A stretch of DNA of 64,000 nt from an uncultured SAR86 cluster bacterium (GTDB taxonomy: Bacteria; Pseudomonadota; Gammaproteobacteria; Magnimaribacterales; D2472), in the NCBI GenBank assembly GCA_902594515.1, contig CACJML010000002.1, positions 911-64,910 of the forward strand, in the 5' to 3' direction. Both the position numbers and the translations under genes were made by a program. How positions within the stretch are numbered: position 1 is the first letter of the stretch; the number at the start of each line of letters is the position of its first letter. Shown here piece after piece: positions 1-12,324 of this stretch. Below the pieces are notes generated by a model. It had not been told where the DNA came from, searched no databases, and saw only the letters and a program-made list of their open reading frames with translations.

Positions 1-1714
1 CTACAACCACAACGATTGATGGCAGCTCTTCAAGCTCTACATCACTATCCTCTATTAAAGGGTCTAATAAAGGTTTACCGTTTTCCTTGGCTTCTGATAC
101 TTTTTTATTAAATCCCGTAAGGTTTCTAACTCCCATTTCAGACATCAGTTTGTAACGTCGATCCATTTCTGCAACACACCACCTCAACCCATTTGATGCA
201 TCGGTCATATCAGTTATGACAGGAGTTAGTAAATGAGGAATACCGTCATAAACTGATAACTCAAGCATTTTTGGATCTATAAGTATTAAGCGGACATCTG
301 ATGGATCGGACTTAAACAATAAACTCAACAACATCGCATTAATTCCAACTGACTTTCCTGAACCAGTTGTTCCAGCAACCAACATATGTGGCATCTTAGC
401 TAAATCAACCACTACAGATTTGCCCGCAATATCATGCCCCAATGCTAAAGATAACGGAGAGGATGAGGTTTGAAATGTATTTGAGGAGAGAATTTCGCTT
501 AAACGCACCATTTTCCTATTTGTATTAGGAATTTCAATTCCAACCACCGATTTGCCTTCAATGACCTCAACAACACGCACGCTACTGACTGCCAAAGATC
601 TTGCAATATCTTGTGCAATGTTTGTTATTTTGCTTGCTTTCGTCCCAGGTGCAGGTTGTATCTCAAACCTAGTGACAACCGGGCCAGGAAGAACAGAGAC
701 TACTTTTGCCTCAACCCCAAATTCATCGAGCTTAGCTTCAAGTAAATCTGCTAACTGATTAAGCTCTTCTTTAGTTAGTGAGTCACCGTCATCCAATGCT
801 CTATCCAGAAGAGAAGTATTTGGCATTGCAGTATCTATATCATCACTCTTTTTCTTATAAACCGTAGTTGATGTCTTAATTACTGGCTTTTCTTTTGGTG
901 AATCTAATTTAGAATTATTTTTATTAGGAGTGATGGGCTCAACATCTGATTCTTTTTCAACCACAACCCGTTCTTTTACTGCAATAATTTTTGATTTTTT
1001 ATCTTGAACTTTTATACGCCTAGGATTGCTTAGCATCTTTTTCACATGCATGAAAAAATTAAAAATTAAGCTACTAATAAATTTAAGTAACTTAATAACA
1101 ATATTTTTTAGCGACGTTAAACCTAAAGAAAGTAATCTAAATCCTTTTACAATTAGCTTAGAGATTTGATTAAAAGCAATGGTCATTAAACTTATCCATG
1201 AAAATGCCAATGCAAAAGATAAGCTTGCTAATCCAAATACCACAATAAAAATCAGGGCGCCGTATACGCCAAGATATCTGGATAGAATATCCAAACCAAA
1301 ATAACCAATAATTCCTCCGGCAGAAAGCTGAGGATAGTTATCTCCACTCAAGATATGTTCAAAGAACATACAAGACATAACCAATAAGACTAATGAGGAA
1401 GTTATTCTGAGTGATTTGTTGCTCTGAAATCTTTTTGGAAAAAATAATATGTTAACAATTTCATGAACCATCAAGATTACTAATAAGTAAGATGATGCTC
1501 CTAATAAAGAAAACAAGAAATTTGAAAGATGAGCCCCAACTAAGCCTCCATAATTTTCTATTACTAAATTCTCTGAAACACTGGATGACAGCACTAAATC
1601 GTTTGCATTAAAAGTAACGAGCGATACGAAAAAATATAATGTAAATGCAAGCAGAACAAATGAAAAAATAGATGTTAATGGCGTTTGCAATGATGAATTA
1701 GAGTTCTTAGCCAT
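1..1714 (-). CDS. ftsK: DNA translocase FtsK (N-terminal and motor part; 3' end lies beyond window start)
   Basis: Open minus-strand frame from ATG at 1714-1712 runs off the window edge, so it is absent from the ORF track. My translation starts MAKNSNSSLQTPLTSIFSFVLLAFTLYFF (polytopic membrane N-terminus). After a linker comes the motor domain with Walker A MPHMLVAGTTGSGKSVGINAM (around 340-400) and LILIDPKMLELSVY. Confidence 0.9.
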   Translation of the reverse strand, partial: MAKNSNSSLQTPLTSIFSFVLLAFTLYFFVSLVTFNANDLVLSSSVSENLVIENYGGLVGAHLSNFLFSLLGASSYLLVILMVHEIVNILFFPKRFQSNKSLRITSSLVLLVMSCMFFEHILSGDNYPQLSAGGIIGYFGLDILSRYLGVYGALIFIVVFGLASLSFALAFSWISLMTIAFNQISKLIVKGFRLLSLGLTSLKNIVIKLLKFISSLIFNFFMHVKKMLSNPRRIKVQDKKSKIIAVKERVVVEKESDVEPITPNKNNSKLDSPKEKPVIKTSTTVYKKKSDDIDTAMPNTSLLDRALDDGDSLTKEELNQLADLLEAKLDEFGVEAKVVSVLPGPVVTRFEIQPAPGTKASKITNIAQDIARSLAVSSVRVVEVIEGKSVVGIEIPNTNRKMVRLSEILSSNTFQTSSSPLSLALGHDIAGKSVVVDLAKMPHMLVAGTTGSGKSVGINAMLLSLLFKSDPSDVRLILIDPKMLELSVYDGIPHLLTPVITDMTDASNGLRWCVAEMDRRYKLMSEMGVRNLTGFNKKVSEAKENGKPLLDPLIEDSDVELEELPSIVVVV

Positions 1715-1747
1715 AACTTAAATAGTAAAGATTATATTATGGATTAA

Positions 1748-2710
<963 letters not shown>

Positions 2711-2851
2711 TTATTGACCAGAAACCCAAAAAACAGCAGTTACCACAAAAACTATAATAATAATAAATGCTACCCATGCATCCGATCTTGAATCCTCGTT
2801 AGCTTCAGCAGACTCATAATATTCAGCAAGTTTATCTTTTTCGTTCGCCAT
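2711..2851 (-). CDS. possible 46-aa small tail-anchored membrane protein (hypothetical)
   Basis: Below the ORF-track cutoff. My translation: MANEKDKLAEYYESAEANEDSRSDAWVAFIIIIVFVVTAVFWVSGQ (acidic N-half plus one TM helix). It starts 6 nt after the upstream reductase stop and fills the gap to the trxB stop exactly. Confidence 0.3.
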   Translation of the reverse strand: MANEKDKLAEYYESAEANEDSRSDAWVAFIIIIVFVVTAVFWVSGQ

Positions 2852-2856
2852 TATTT

Positions 2857-3849
2857 TTATTCTCCGTGTTTTACAACCACTCTACCCTGTTGATTACCAT
2901 TTAATATTTTATCAATCTCGGGCACTAATTCATTAAGTTTAATTATTTTTATTGAAGAATCTGAGTAACCAATCTGCCATTCAGAGGCAATTTTATCCCA
3001 TAAATATTTTTTGTAAGAAATTGCAGATTCCGCGGAATCGATACCTTTTAGAGTAATGCCTCTTAATATAAATGGGAAAATAGTAGTCTCAAGCTTTATT
3101 GAATTAACATTACCACAACATGTAATAATTCCATGCCTTGCAACCTGCGAAATAATTCTGCTTAATATTTCTCCACCAACTGTATCAACTCCTGCTGAGA
3201 ATTTAGTTTTATCTAGTGGTCTTATTTTTTCAGAACAAAAATCATTCCTTAGAATTATATTTTTTGCTCCAAGATTTTTTAAGAATTGGCTTGATTCTTT
3301 CTTGCCAGTAATTGCTGTTACATCAATACTTAATTTTGATAAAAGGCCAACTGCTATTGATCCAACTCCTCCAGTTGCTCCAGATACTACAACTGGCAGA
3401 TCAAGCACATCATTTTTTGAAATAACTGCATCAACGCTAGCAGCTGCTGTAATTCCAGCTGTTCCAAATGAGATAGCCTCAACCATTGATAAATTATCGG
3501 GCAATGCAACAACCCATTCTGATGGAACATGGATAATTTCACCAAAACCACCATTAGTATTCATACCAAGGTCATACCCGGTAACAATTACCTGATCTCC
3601 CTCAATAAAATTTTTATCTTTTGATTGTCGAATTCTGCCAACAGCATCAATCCCTGGAGTAAAAGGATAAGATTTTGTTACTCCCTTGTTGCCCGAAGCA
3701 GAAAGCGCATCTTTATAATTAAGCGAAGAATAAAGAACATCTATGAGCACAAAACCTTCTTGAAGTTCAGGAAGAGGCAATGATTTAATGGAAGACTTAA
3801 ATTGGTCTTCTATTTCATCAACAACTAATGCATTGTAAGTTTCAGGCAT
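2857..3849 (-). CDS. acuI: YhdH/AcuI-type NADPH-dependent MDR oxidoreductase (acryloyl-CoA reductase-like)
   Basis: 330 aa. N-terminal SLNYKDALSASGNKGVTKSYPFTPGIDAVG is typical of the YhdH/YhfP subfamily. Nucleotide site VVVSGATGGVGS. Confidence 0.75.
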   Translation of the reverse strand: MPETYNALVVDEIEDQFKSSIKSLPLPELQEGFVLIDVLYSSLNYKDALSASGNKGVTKSYPFTPGIDAVGRIRQSKDKNFIEGDQVIVTGYDLGMNTNGGFGEIIHVPSEWVVALPDNLSMVEAISFGTAGITAAASVDAVISKNDVLDLPVVVSGATGGVGSIAVGLLSKLSIDVTAITGKKESSQFLKNLGAKNIILRNDFCSEKIRPLDKTKFSAGVDTVGGEILSRIISQVARHGIITCCGNVNSIKLETTIFPFILRGITLKGIDSAESAISYKKYLWDKIASEWQIGYSDSSIKIIKLNELVPEIDKILNGNQQGRVVVKHGE

Positions 3850-4620
3850 TTATCTTGGCTTCATTCGCATGCCTGAATCAATTCTAATTGTTTCACCATT
3901 AAGATATGTATTATCAACGATATGTGCTGCTAAGTTACCGAATTCTGCAGGATCACCAAACCTATGTGGAAATTGTGTTGATTCCAGTAAGGGATCCCTA
4001 ACTTTATCTGGAGCCAATTTCATTAAAGGTGTATCGAAAATACCTGGGGCAATTGTATTTACTCTTATTGCATGCCTGGCTAAATCTCTTGCAGCAGTCA
4101 ACGTTAAACCAATGACGCCAGCTTTTGAGGCACTATATGCAGATTGACCAATTTGGCCTTCATATCCTGCAACAGATGCTGTATTAATAATTACTCCTTT
4201 TTCACCCTGAGCATCTGGATCATTCTTGTCCATAAGTTCAGCAGCAAGTCGCATTACATTGAAAGTACCAACTAGGTTCAAGTCAATAATAAACTTAAAG
4301 TGGTCTAGTGGATGAGGAGCGTCCTTGCCAATAATTCTTCCTCCGTACCCAGTACCGGCACAATTTACAGCAACATGAAGTGCCCCAAACTCATTTTTAA
4401 TGAACTCCATGGCATTTTTAACGGGCTCTTCTTCCATGATATTCGTATTGATGTACTTAAGATTATTTTCACCCAGCTCATCAATTAATTTTTTAGCATT
4501 ATCATCATTTAGATCTAAGATAACTACCTTAGCTCCATTTTGTAAAAAATGTCTAACAGTTGCTTCACCTAAACCTGATGCCCCGCCTGTAATGGCAGCA
4601 ACTTTTCCACTTATATCCAT
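3850..4620 (-). CDS. short-chain dehydrogenase, 3-hydroxyacyl-CoA dehydrogenase type-2-like
   Basis: 256 aa. TGGASGLG cofactor site, catalytic YSASKAG. Stop abuts the start of the downstream reductase. Confidence 0.8.
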   Translation of the reverse strand: MDISGKVAAITGGASGLGEATVRHFLQNGAKVVILDLNDDNAKKLIDELGENNLKYINTNIMEEEPVKNAMEFIKNEFGALHVAVNCAGTGYGGRIIGKDAPHPLDHFKFIIDLNLVGTFNVMRLAAELMDKNDPDAQGEKGVIINTASVAGYEGQIGQSAYSASKAGVIGLTLTAARDLARHAIRVNTIAPGIFDTPLMKLAPDKVRDPLLESTQFPHRFGDPAEFGNLAAHIVDNTYLNGETIRIDSGMRMKPR

Positions 4621-4697
4621 AGCTAATCCTTTTATATTTACTGCAAATTATATATTGATAAATGAATTCAATGATTAAATTAATAATTAATTTTTTT

Positions 4698-4714
4698 TGG
4701 CATGAACATTGCAT
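4698..4714 (+). promoter_or_regulatory. sigma-54 (-24/-12) promoter upstream of porin-glnK-amtB
   Basis: TGGCATGAACATTGCAT matches TGGCAC-N5-TTGCW. GG is at 4699-4700 and GC at 4711-4712, the exact consensus spacing. AAGGAG Shine-Dalgarno follows at 4730-4735 and the ATG at 4741. Confidence 0.65.
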
Positions 4715-4740
4715 AACTGTAGTTATAACAAGGAGAAATT

Positions 4741-5675
<935 letters not shown>

Positions 5676-5683
5676 GAGATATT

Positions 5684-6922
5684 ATGGAAGAAATTAAATT
5701 TTCGTTAGATACCTTTTATGCATTAATGTCAGGGGCATTAGTCATGTGGATGGCTGCAGGATTTACAATGCTCGAAGCTGGCTTAGTGCAGAAAAAAGAT
5801 GTATCAGAAATTGTAACTAAAAACCTCGGTTTATATTCAATCGCCTGCATTATGTATTTAGTGTGTGGATTTATATTGATGTATCCGGGAGGCGCAATAA
5901 TAGATGGTATATTGCCATCAATAGGTACCTCATTAGGGCTATCAACTAGTCTACCAAATGAGGATATTGGAATTCCTTATGGAATGGATTACTCACAACA
6001 AGCTGACTTCTTCTTTCAGGTAGTTTTTGTTGCAACTGCAATGTCTATTGTTTCAGGAGCTGTAGCTGGAAGAATGAAATTACTACCTTTCTTTCTGTTT
6101 GCTATTATCTTGACCGGTTTCATTTATCCAATTCAAGGATACTGGAATTGGGGTGGTGGCTGGCTAAGTGCTGGTGGCTACTCTGATTATGCTGGTTCTG
6201 GAACAGTTCACCTTTGTGGTGCTGCCGCAGCTCTAGCAGTAGTTACGGTACTTGGTCCTAGAAAAGGTAAATATTCAGCCGACGGTTCGTCAAATGCAAT
6301 GCCTGGATCTAATATTCCAATGGCAGCATTAGGTGCATGGATTCTTTGGTTGGGTTGGTTTGGATTTAATGGTGGATCCGAACTAGTAGTTAGTTCTGAA
6401 GCAAGCGCAATTGCAGTAAGTCAGGTATTTTTAAATACTAACATGGCTGCAGCTGGTGGTGTTGTGGGAGCTTTACTAATGAGCTTAATTCTGACTGGAA
6501 AAATGGATGTCACTATGGCAATCAACGGTGCAATTGCTGGTCTTGTTGCAATTACAGCTGGACCTAGTGCTCCAACTGCAGGAGCAGCTGTGCTAATCGG
6601 ATTGATTGGTGGAATTATTGTTTATTACTCTATTTTGTTCTTTGAACAAAGACTAAAAATTGATGATCCAGTCGGAGCTATTTCTGCCCACGGTATTGTT
6701 GGTATTTTTGGAGTAATGGTAGTTCCATTCACAAATTCAGATGCAAGCTTCTTATGGCAGCTTTATGGTGTTATCGCAATCGCAGGATTTACTTACATAG
6801 CAAGTCTTGGTGTTACTTATGCGATAAATTCATTTATGCCAATAAGAGCAACTGATGAAGAACAAATGATTGGTCTTGATGCCACTGAAATAGGTGTGGA
6901 GGCATATCCAGAGTTCGATTAA
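5684..6922 (+). CDS. amtB: ammonium transporter
   Basis: 412 aa polytopic Amt family. Motifs DYAGSGTVHLCGAAAAL and AISAHGIVGIFG. AGGAG SD precedes the start. Confidence 0.93.
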   Translation: MEEIKFSLDTFYALMSGALVMWMAAGFTMLEAGLVQKKDVSEIVTKNLGLYSIACIMYLVCGFILMYPGGAIIDGILPSIGTSLGLSTSLPNEDIGIPYGMDYSQQADFFFQVVFVATAMSIVSGAVAGRMKLLPFFLFAIILTGFIYPIQGYWNWGGGWLSAGGYSDYAGSGTVHLCGAAAALAVVTVLGPRKGKYSADGSSNAMPGSNIPMAALGAWILWLGWFGFNGGSELVVSSEASAIAVSQVFLNTNMAAAGGVVGALLMSLILTGKMDVTMAINGAIAGLVAITAGPSAPTAGAAVLIGLIGGIIVYYSILFFEQRLKIDDPVGAISAHGIVGIFGVMVVPFTNSDASFLWQLYGVIAIAGFTYIASLGVTYAINSFMPIRATDEEQMIGLDATEIGVEAYPEFD

Positions 6923-6943
6923 AAATATTTCTAGAGAATATTT

Positions 6944-6971
6944 ATGGGCGGTTTATCCGCCCATTTTTTTT
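6944..6971 (+). terminator. rho-independent terminator after amtB
   Basis: ATGGGCGG-TTTAT-CCGCCCAT forms an 8-bp GC-rich stem followed by a T run. The hairpin also encodes the last codons (MGG-stop) of the convergent acyltransferase gene. Confidence 0.75.
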
Positions 6972-8074
6972 ATTAAACACTGATAATACTGGCTATAGAG
7001 CTCTTCTTTCTCATGTTTTGTTAATTGCATAGCTCTGCTTTCTAAATAATTAATACTTTCGTTAATTTTAGACTCAGAAAAACTATGATCTAAAATCTCA
7101 TTCTTTGATTTTATGTATGCTGCATAATTTGTTGAGTGAGGTTCATATAAATCTCTAATTGATTTAGTTATTTGATCAGAAATTTGATCACTATCGTCAG
7201 AAACAAAATTCAGTGGAGAGCCAACATTAATTGATACATCTCCTTTCTTATCAGTAATTCCCTTTGCAATGCTGCTAATATCTTCATTTGAAGATTTAAT
7301 GTAGTCTTTTCCCTGGTTAGTTTTTGCACATTCAATTGCTTTATTTATATCATTTGGATCAAATTCATATGACACTGCAACTGGAACAACCTTTAGTTCA
7401 TTAAAATATTTAGAAATAGAGAACTCTTTTCTCTTGTGTAGATGAATCATTTTAAGTAAAGCTGGATCAGTTGAATCGATTCCATCTTTTGCCCTTCCTT
7501 GTTTTTGAGCAATCCACACTGACTCATTTTTATTGATTAATTCATGAATATATTCCGAAGCTAATGACAGACCTTTATAAATATCTTTTTTAGTTGCACC
7601 TGATCTTTGAATGATAAAACTCTTATTTAATCGCATCAGGTCAGCAACCCACTTAGTATTCATAAGATTATCGCCCACTGCAATATTGAATGTTTTATGA
7701 CCTGCTTTGTATAAAGCATAATTTAGCAATGCCGAGTCTAAAGTTATATCCCTATGATTAGATATAAATAAATAACGATGATTTTTATCCAGTTGCTCAA
7801 GACCCTTACAACTAAAAGATGAAATAGATTGATCGATGACTCTTTCAATTAAATCTTCAAAAATTTTTTGGTAGCTTTCAATATTATTTATTGAATGAAG
7901 TTTATAAGATAAAAATCTTTTAATAAGAAAATTTTTAAATGGGATAAAAGCATAAGCTCTAGGAAAAATTAATTGTAGGAAAGAGCTAGTGACTCGATCA
8001 TCATCAAGAAGCGTATTTATAACATCAGGAACTTCATGATCCTTGTATGAGCGGATAGCTGCAAATTTATCCAT
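6953..8074 (-). CDS. PlsC-family (lysophospholipid/glycerol) acyltransferase
   Basis: 373 aa. Acyltransferase block FISNHRDITLDSALLN and a later AQKQGRAKDG block. Confidence 0.65.
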   Translation of the reverse strand: MDKFAAIRSYKDHEVPDVINTLLDDDRVTSSFLQLIFPRAYAFIPFKNFLIKRFLSYKLHSINNIESYQKIFEDLIERVIDQSISSFSCKGLEQLDKNHRYLFISNHRDITLDSALLNYALYKAGHKTFNIAVGDNLMNTKWVADLMRLNKSFIIQRSGATKKDIYKGLSLASEYIHELINKNESVWIAQKQGRAKDGIDSTDPALLKMIHLHKRKEFSISKYFNELKVVPVAVSYEFDPNDINKAIECAKTNQGKDYIKSSNEDISSIAKGITDKKGDVSINVGSPLNFVSDDSDQISDQITKSIRDLYEPHSTNYAAYIKSKNEILDHSFSESKINESINYLESRAMQLTKHEKEELYSQYYQCLIKKMGG

Positions 8075-8086
8075 ATTATTTTCAAA

Positions 8087-9379
8087 TTAAGCTAAGAGTT
8101 TAATCATGATCCCTGCAGCAACAGCTGAACCAATAACCCCAGCAACATTTGGACCCATTGCATGCATCAATAAAAAGTTTTGCGAGTTGTATTGAAGACC
8201 TACTTTGTTAGCGACTCTTGCTGCCATAGGAACAGCTGATACACCAGCAGCTCCAATCAGTGGATTAATTTTATCTTTGACAAATAGATTCATAATTTTA
8301 GCCATGATTACGCCCGCTGCAGTTCCAATACCAAATGCAATTATGCCTAAAGCCAAAATTCCTAAAGTCTCAGCTGTTAAGAATTTCTCTGCAACTAATT
8401 TTGAGCCAACGCTTAAACCTAGAACTATAGTCACTATATTTATGAGTGAATTTTGGACAACTTCACTTAATCTTTCTACAACCAATGATTCCTTTAAAAG
8501 ATTACCAAAACAAAACATTCCCAATAATGGTGCTGCAGATGGAAGCAATAGGCCAACCAATAGTAATAGTATTAATGGAAAGAATATTTTTTCTCTTTGA
8601 GAAACTGAACGCATTTGAACCATCTCAATAACCCTTTCCTCTTTTGAAGTTAGCATTCGCATAATTGGAGGTTGGATTAACGGTACCAACGCCATATATG
8701 AATAAGCTGCTACTGCAATAGCGCCTAATAATTCCGGTGCCAGAATTGATGCTACATAAATGGCTGTTGGACCATCAGCTCCTCCTATAATTCCAGTGGC
8801 AGCTGCTTGCTGCAGAGTGAAATCAAATGCTTCAAAATTATTTAGATAAAGGGCTCCTATGACAGTTGCAAAGATTCCAAACTGAGCTGCTGCACCAAGA
8901 ATTAAGGTTTTAGGATTGGCGAGCATTGGACCAAAATCAGTCATTGCACCAACTCCCATAAATATCAATAGTGGTGCAATGCCTGAACCAATAGAAACAG
9001 AATAAAATTTATACAAAATACCTGAAGTGTATCCAAGTTCAGCTGCGTACTTCTCAGCATTGCTAAGGCTTACCAAATCAAGATTATTAACAACATCTGC
9101 ATTTATAAAATCCAAACCTAAAAGCATTGCTAAGTTTGATAATGTTTCAGGATCATTTTCAAAAATAATTTTTTCCAAGCCACTGTAGGCAAGTCCAATT
9201 TCTGGGATATTAGATAAAATCGTTCCAAAGCCAATTGGAACCAAGAGTAATGGCTCAAATTTCTTATTGATGGCAAGATAAAGAAGAATCAAGCCTACAA
9301 AAAGCATAATCACTTGGCCTTGAGTAATATAAAAAAACCCAAATGAGCTCAAAAGTGAGTTGATGTCAAAATTATTCAT
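8087..9379 (-). CDS. oadB: oxaloacetate decarboxylase (Na+-pumping) beta subunit
   Basis: 430 aa polytopic membrane protein of the OadB/GcdB/MmdB type. Directly downstream of the alpha subunit with a 0-nt gap. Confidence 0.88.
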   Translation of the reverse strand: MNNFDINSLLSSFGFFYITQGQVIMLFVGLILLYLAINKKFEPLLLVPIGFGTILSNIPEIGLAYSGLEKIIFENDPETLSNLAMLLGLDFINADVVNNLDLVSLSNAEKYAAELGYTSGILYKFYSVSIGSGIAPLLIFMGVGAMTDFGPMLANPKTLILGAAAQFGIFATVIGALYLNNFEAFDFTLQQAAATGIIGGADGPTAIYVASILAPELLGAIAVAAYSYMALVPLIQPPIMRMLTSKEERVIEMVQMRSVSQREKIFFPLILLLLVGLLLPSAAPLLGMFCFGNLLKESLVVERLSEVVQNSLINIVTIVLGLSVGSKLVAEKFLTAETLGILALGIIAFGIGTAAGVIMAKIMNLFVKDKINPLIGAAGVSAVPMAARVANKVGLQYNSQNFLLMHAMGPNVAGVIGSAVAAGIMIKLLA

Positions 9380-11140
9380 TTACGCAATATCGATTAATAA
9401 ATCACCTGGGGCTACAGCATCCCCAACTTGAATATGTATATTTGAAATAACTCCATCAGCCGGTGACTTAATTTCGGTTTCCATTTTCATAGCCTCAAGA
9501 ATAATTAAGGTTTGATCTTTCGATACTGTTTGACCTTCCGCAATCAAAATTTTAAATATGTTCCCACCCAATGGAGCATTAAGCTGACTAGAAACTGAAG
9601 AAGCTTGTGGTTTAACTTGCTGGGGTTGGTTAGGTAATATGTTTGATGCGCTACCTGTTGCGATATCAAAATTATTATTCTCATCAATAGTTACTGAAAA
9701 TTCTTTTTCATCAATTGTTACAAGATAGGAACTGCTTGATTGCTGATGAATATCAAGAGGTCGTTGCTCAAAAAATTCTGGGTCATCAAGGTGTTTAAAA
9801 TAATTCAGTCCGATTTCAGGAAATAATGCATAAATTAATGTGTTATCTTCATTTGCTTCGATATCAAGGGAGTTATCCTTAATCACTTTCTTAAATTCTT
9901 CCACAAGATCATCAAAAGAATCATTTATCAAATCTGCAGGCCTGCATGTAATTGCGGCAGCACCGTCAAGCGCTTTTTCTTGTAATTCTTTATTAACCGG
10001 AGCTGGTGTTGCCCCATATTCACCGGCGAGGACTCCTCTGGTTTCTTTGGTAATAGATTTATATCTTTCACCATTCAAAACATTAATGACTGATTGAGTT
10101 CCTACAATTTGAGATGTAGGTGTGACCAGTGGAATGTACCCAAGGTCCTCTCTTACTTTTGGAATTTCGCTGAGGACTTCATCAAATTTTTCTGATGCAT
10201 TTTGCTCTTTAAGTTGATTTTCAAGATTTGTAAGCATACCTCCTGGTACCTGACTTATTAAAATTCTTGAATCAACTCCACGCAATGATCCTTCAAACTT
10301 ATGATATCTCTTTCTAACCTCTTTAAAATGTTGGGCAACTGGTTCTAATTTTGATAAATCTAGATTTGTTGGTCTAGTTGTGCCCTCTAAGATAGCAACC
10401 ATTGATTCAGTTGGTGAATGACCATAGGTCATACTCATACTAGATATTGATACATCAATATTATCCAATCCAGCTTCAATAGCTTTTATACCAGTGGCTG
10501 TAGACATACCAGTGGTTGCATGGCATTGCATGTGAATAGGTATTTCTAGAGCTTCCTTTAACGAAGAAACTAGTTCAAAACCAACATACGGCTTTAAAAG
10601 TCCAGCCATATCTTTAATAGCCAATGACTGTGCGCCTAAATCTTGAAGTTTTAAAGATAAATCAACCCATCCCTTGATATCGTGAACAGGGCTAGTTGTA
10701 TAGGATATAGTGCCTTGAGCATGACCTTCAAAATTATTGACTGCTTTGATGGCTTGCTGCATGTTTCTAACATCATTCATGGCATCAAAAATTCTAAAAA
10801 CATCTACGCCATTAGTCTTAGAGCGCTCAACAAATTTGTTGACGACATCATCAGAATAATGCTTGTAGCCTAGAAGATTTTGGCTTCTTAGAAGCATTTG
10901 TTGTTGTGTCTTGGGCATCATAGATTTTATTTTTCTAATTCTTTCCCAAGGATCTTCTCCAAGATATCTAATACATGAATCAAATATTGCGCCACCCCAT
11001 GACTCTACAGACCAATAACCAACCTCATCCATTGATGAAAGAATTTCTTCCATATCTTCATATCTAAACCTGGTTGCAAGTAGTGATTGATGACCATCTC
11101 TTAATACAACTTCAGTAATTCCTAAATTCTTGTCTGTCAT
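9380..11140 (-). CDS. oadA: oxaloacetate decarboxylase alpha subunit (carboxyltransferase plus biotinyl domain)
   Basis: 586 aa. N-terminal TIM-barrel carboxyltransferase (VVLRDGHQSL) and C-terminal biotin attachment EAMKMETEI. Confidence 0.92.
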   Translation of the reverse strand: MTDKNLGITEVVLRDGHQSLLATRFRYEDMEEILSSMDEVGYWSVESWGGAIFDSCIRYLGEDPWERIRKIKSMMPKTQQQMLLRSQNLLGYKHYSDDVVNKFVERSKTNGVDVFRIFDAMNDVRNMQQAIKAVNNFEGHAQGTISYTTSPVHDIKGWVDLSLKLQDLGAQSLAIKDMAGLLKPYVGFELVSSLKEALEIPIHMQCHATTGMSTATGIKAIEAGLDNIDVSISSMSMTYGHSPTESMVAILEGTTRPTNLDLSKLEPVAQHFKEVRKRYHKFEGSLRGVDSRILISQVPGGMLTNLENQLKEQNASEKFDEVLSEIPKVREDLGYIPLVTPTSQIVGTQSVINVLNGERYKSITKETRGVLAGEYGATPAPVNKELQEKALDGAAAITCRPADLINDSFDDLVEEFKKVIKDNSLDIEANEDNTLIYALFPEIGLNYFKHLDDPEFFEQRPLDIHQQSSSSYLVTIDEKEFSVTIDENNNFDIATGSASNILPNQPQQVKPQASSVSSQLNAPLGGNIFKILIAEGQTVSKDQTLIILEAMKMETEIKSPADGVISNIHIQVGDAVAPGDLLIDIA

Positions 11141-11364
11141 GATTTATGTAACCCCAATACCTCAGTAATAATTTGCTTTTCCTGATTAGAAATTATCTCA
11201 GGGCCATTGGTATCAACTTTCTTAATTAATGAAGTGTCATCAAAAACAGATCCAACAATCAAACTCATTAGTTTTGTTGCAATTATTAGTAATAACAAAA
11301 ATGAGAAGACAATACTCATCCCTATCATCATTAAATCTAAACCTGGCAAAATACTTTCTATCAT
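11137..11364 (-). CDS. oadG: oxaloacetate decarboxylase gamma subunit
   Basis: 75 aa with a single N-terminal TM helix. 4-nt overlap with oadA. Confidence 0.75.
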   Translation of the reverse strand: MIESILPGLDLMMIGMSIVFSFLLLLIIATKLMSLIVGSVFDDTSLIKKVDTNGPEIISNQEKQIITEVLGLHKS

Positions 11365-11411
11365 CAGGAATGTATTTTACATCATCAATAAGCGTTAGAA
11401 TAAACGTTAAT

Positions 11412-12149
11412 ATGCATTCCTATCTAGATAATCCTGCATGTTCGATTTTTGCCCATCGAGGCGGATCGATAGAATCTTATGAAAATACAATAGAAAGTTT
11501 TAATTATGCGGTTGATTTGGGTTGTGAATATATTGAAACAGACGTTCAACTTAGTTCAGATGGAGTTCCATATATTTTTCATGATGATGATTTGCATAGA
11601 TTTATAAGGAAGAAATTAAGATTTAATGATTTGAGCTCAAATGAATTAAATGAAATTAAGTTATTTGATCGATTTTCAATACCTACATTAAAAGAATGCA
11701 TGGAAGCTTTCCCAAATACGAAATTTAATATCGATCTAAAAACAAATGAGGTGATGAAGCCTGCAATGAAATATTTACACTCTATCAATGCGCATTCTAG
11801 GGTATGTATTGCTAGCTTCTCTGATCAAAGACTTGATTTTGTTAAAAAGAATTACCCTAAATTTTGTAGATCGATGGGTCCAAGTGAAATTCTATCTTTA
11901 AAATTACACTCTTTAGGATTAAAGAAATTCTCACCTGAAGCAGACTGCGTTCAGATACCAATATATAAATACGGTATTAAGCTTGCTACAAAAAAACTAA
12001 TTGAGACTGCGCACAGACTAAATTTAAAGGTTCATGTTTGGACAATTAATGATGCTGCAACAATGGATAAGCTTATTGATTTGGGTGTCGATGGCATCAT
12101 TACAGATAAACCCAATCTACTTAAAGAAAGAATAGCTGCTAAGAAATAA
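11412..12149 (+). CDS. glycerophosphodiester phosphodiesterase (GDPD family)
   Basis: FAHRGGS...ENT...IETDV GDPD motifs. I chose the start at ATG 11412. The longer track ORF from 11229 would overlap oadG on the other strand. Confidence 0.8.
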   Translation: MHSYLDNPACSIFAHRGGSIESYENTIESFNYAVDLGCEYIETDVQLSSDGVPYIFHDDDLHRFIRKKLRFNDLSSNELNEIKLFDRFSIPTLKECMEAFPNTKFNIDLKTNEVMKPAMKYLHSINAHSRVCIASFSDQRLDFVKKNYPKFCRSMGPSEILSLKLHSLGLKKFSPEADCVQIPIYKYGIKLATKKLIETAHRLNLKVHVWTINDAATMDKLIDLGVDGIITDKPNLLKERIAAKK

Positions 12150-12324
12150 ACTTCAAAAGGATTTTTCTGCAGACCATATACATTGGAATGATGATGACTG
12201 ATGTAATAATAATCTCGACTAAAAGAGAATAGTCTAATAGCTGTCTTATTCCGCGAGCTATAAATAAACTAAATATTCCTAAAATGCTGTAAAAAATAAT
12301 TGAGGTTTTTGATAGTAACTTCAT
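12139..12324 (-). CDS. small membrane protein (61 aa, two predicted TM helices), hypothetical
   Basis: 4-nt overlap with the upstream MFS gene. Hydrophobic profile. Confidence 0.45.
   Translation of the reverse strand: MKLLSKTSIIFYSILGIFSLFIARGIRQLLDYSLLVEIIITSVIIIPMYMVCRKILLKFIS

Noticed and set aside
3056-3595. 179-aa plus-strand ORF antisense to the acuI-like gene. Similar antisense ORFs lie at 552-758, 3869-4147, 4400-4678, 8205-8600, 9840-10097, 17510-17752, 32468-32743, 43746-44024, 46431-46673, 46761-47036, 53596-53904, 56771-57124 and elsewhere.
   Set aside because: All lie wholly inside well-supported genes on the opposite strand. Their translations are low-complexity with no recognisable motifs, which is typical of shadow ORFs.
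11229-11411. N-terminal extensions of track ORFs: GDPD 11229, MFS 13604, TBDR 27859, subtilase 36250, AlgH 42838, 156-aa protein 48459, amidohydrolase 50915, DUF2237 61121.
   Set aside because: The extensions overlap neighbouring genes or precede an obvious signal peptide or conserved N-terminus. Downstream starts give canonical N-termini and in several cases a GGAG-type SD.
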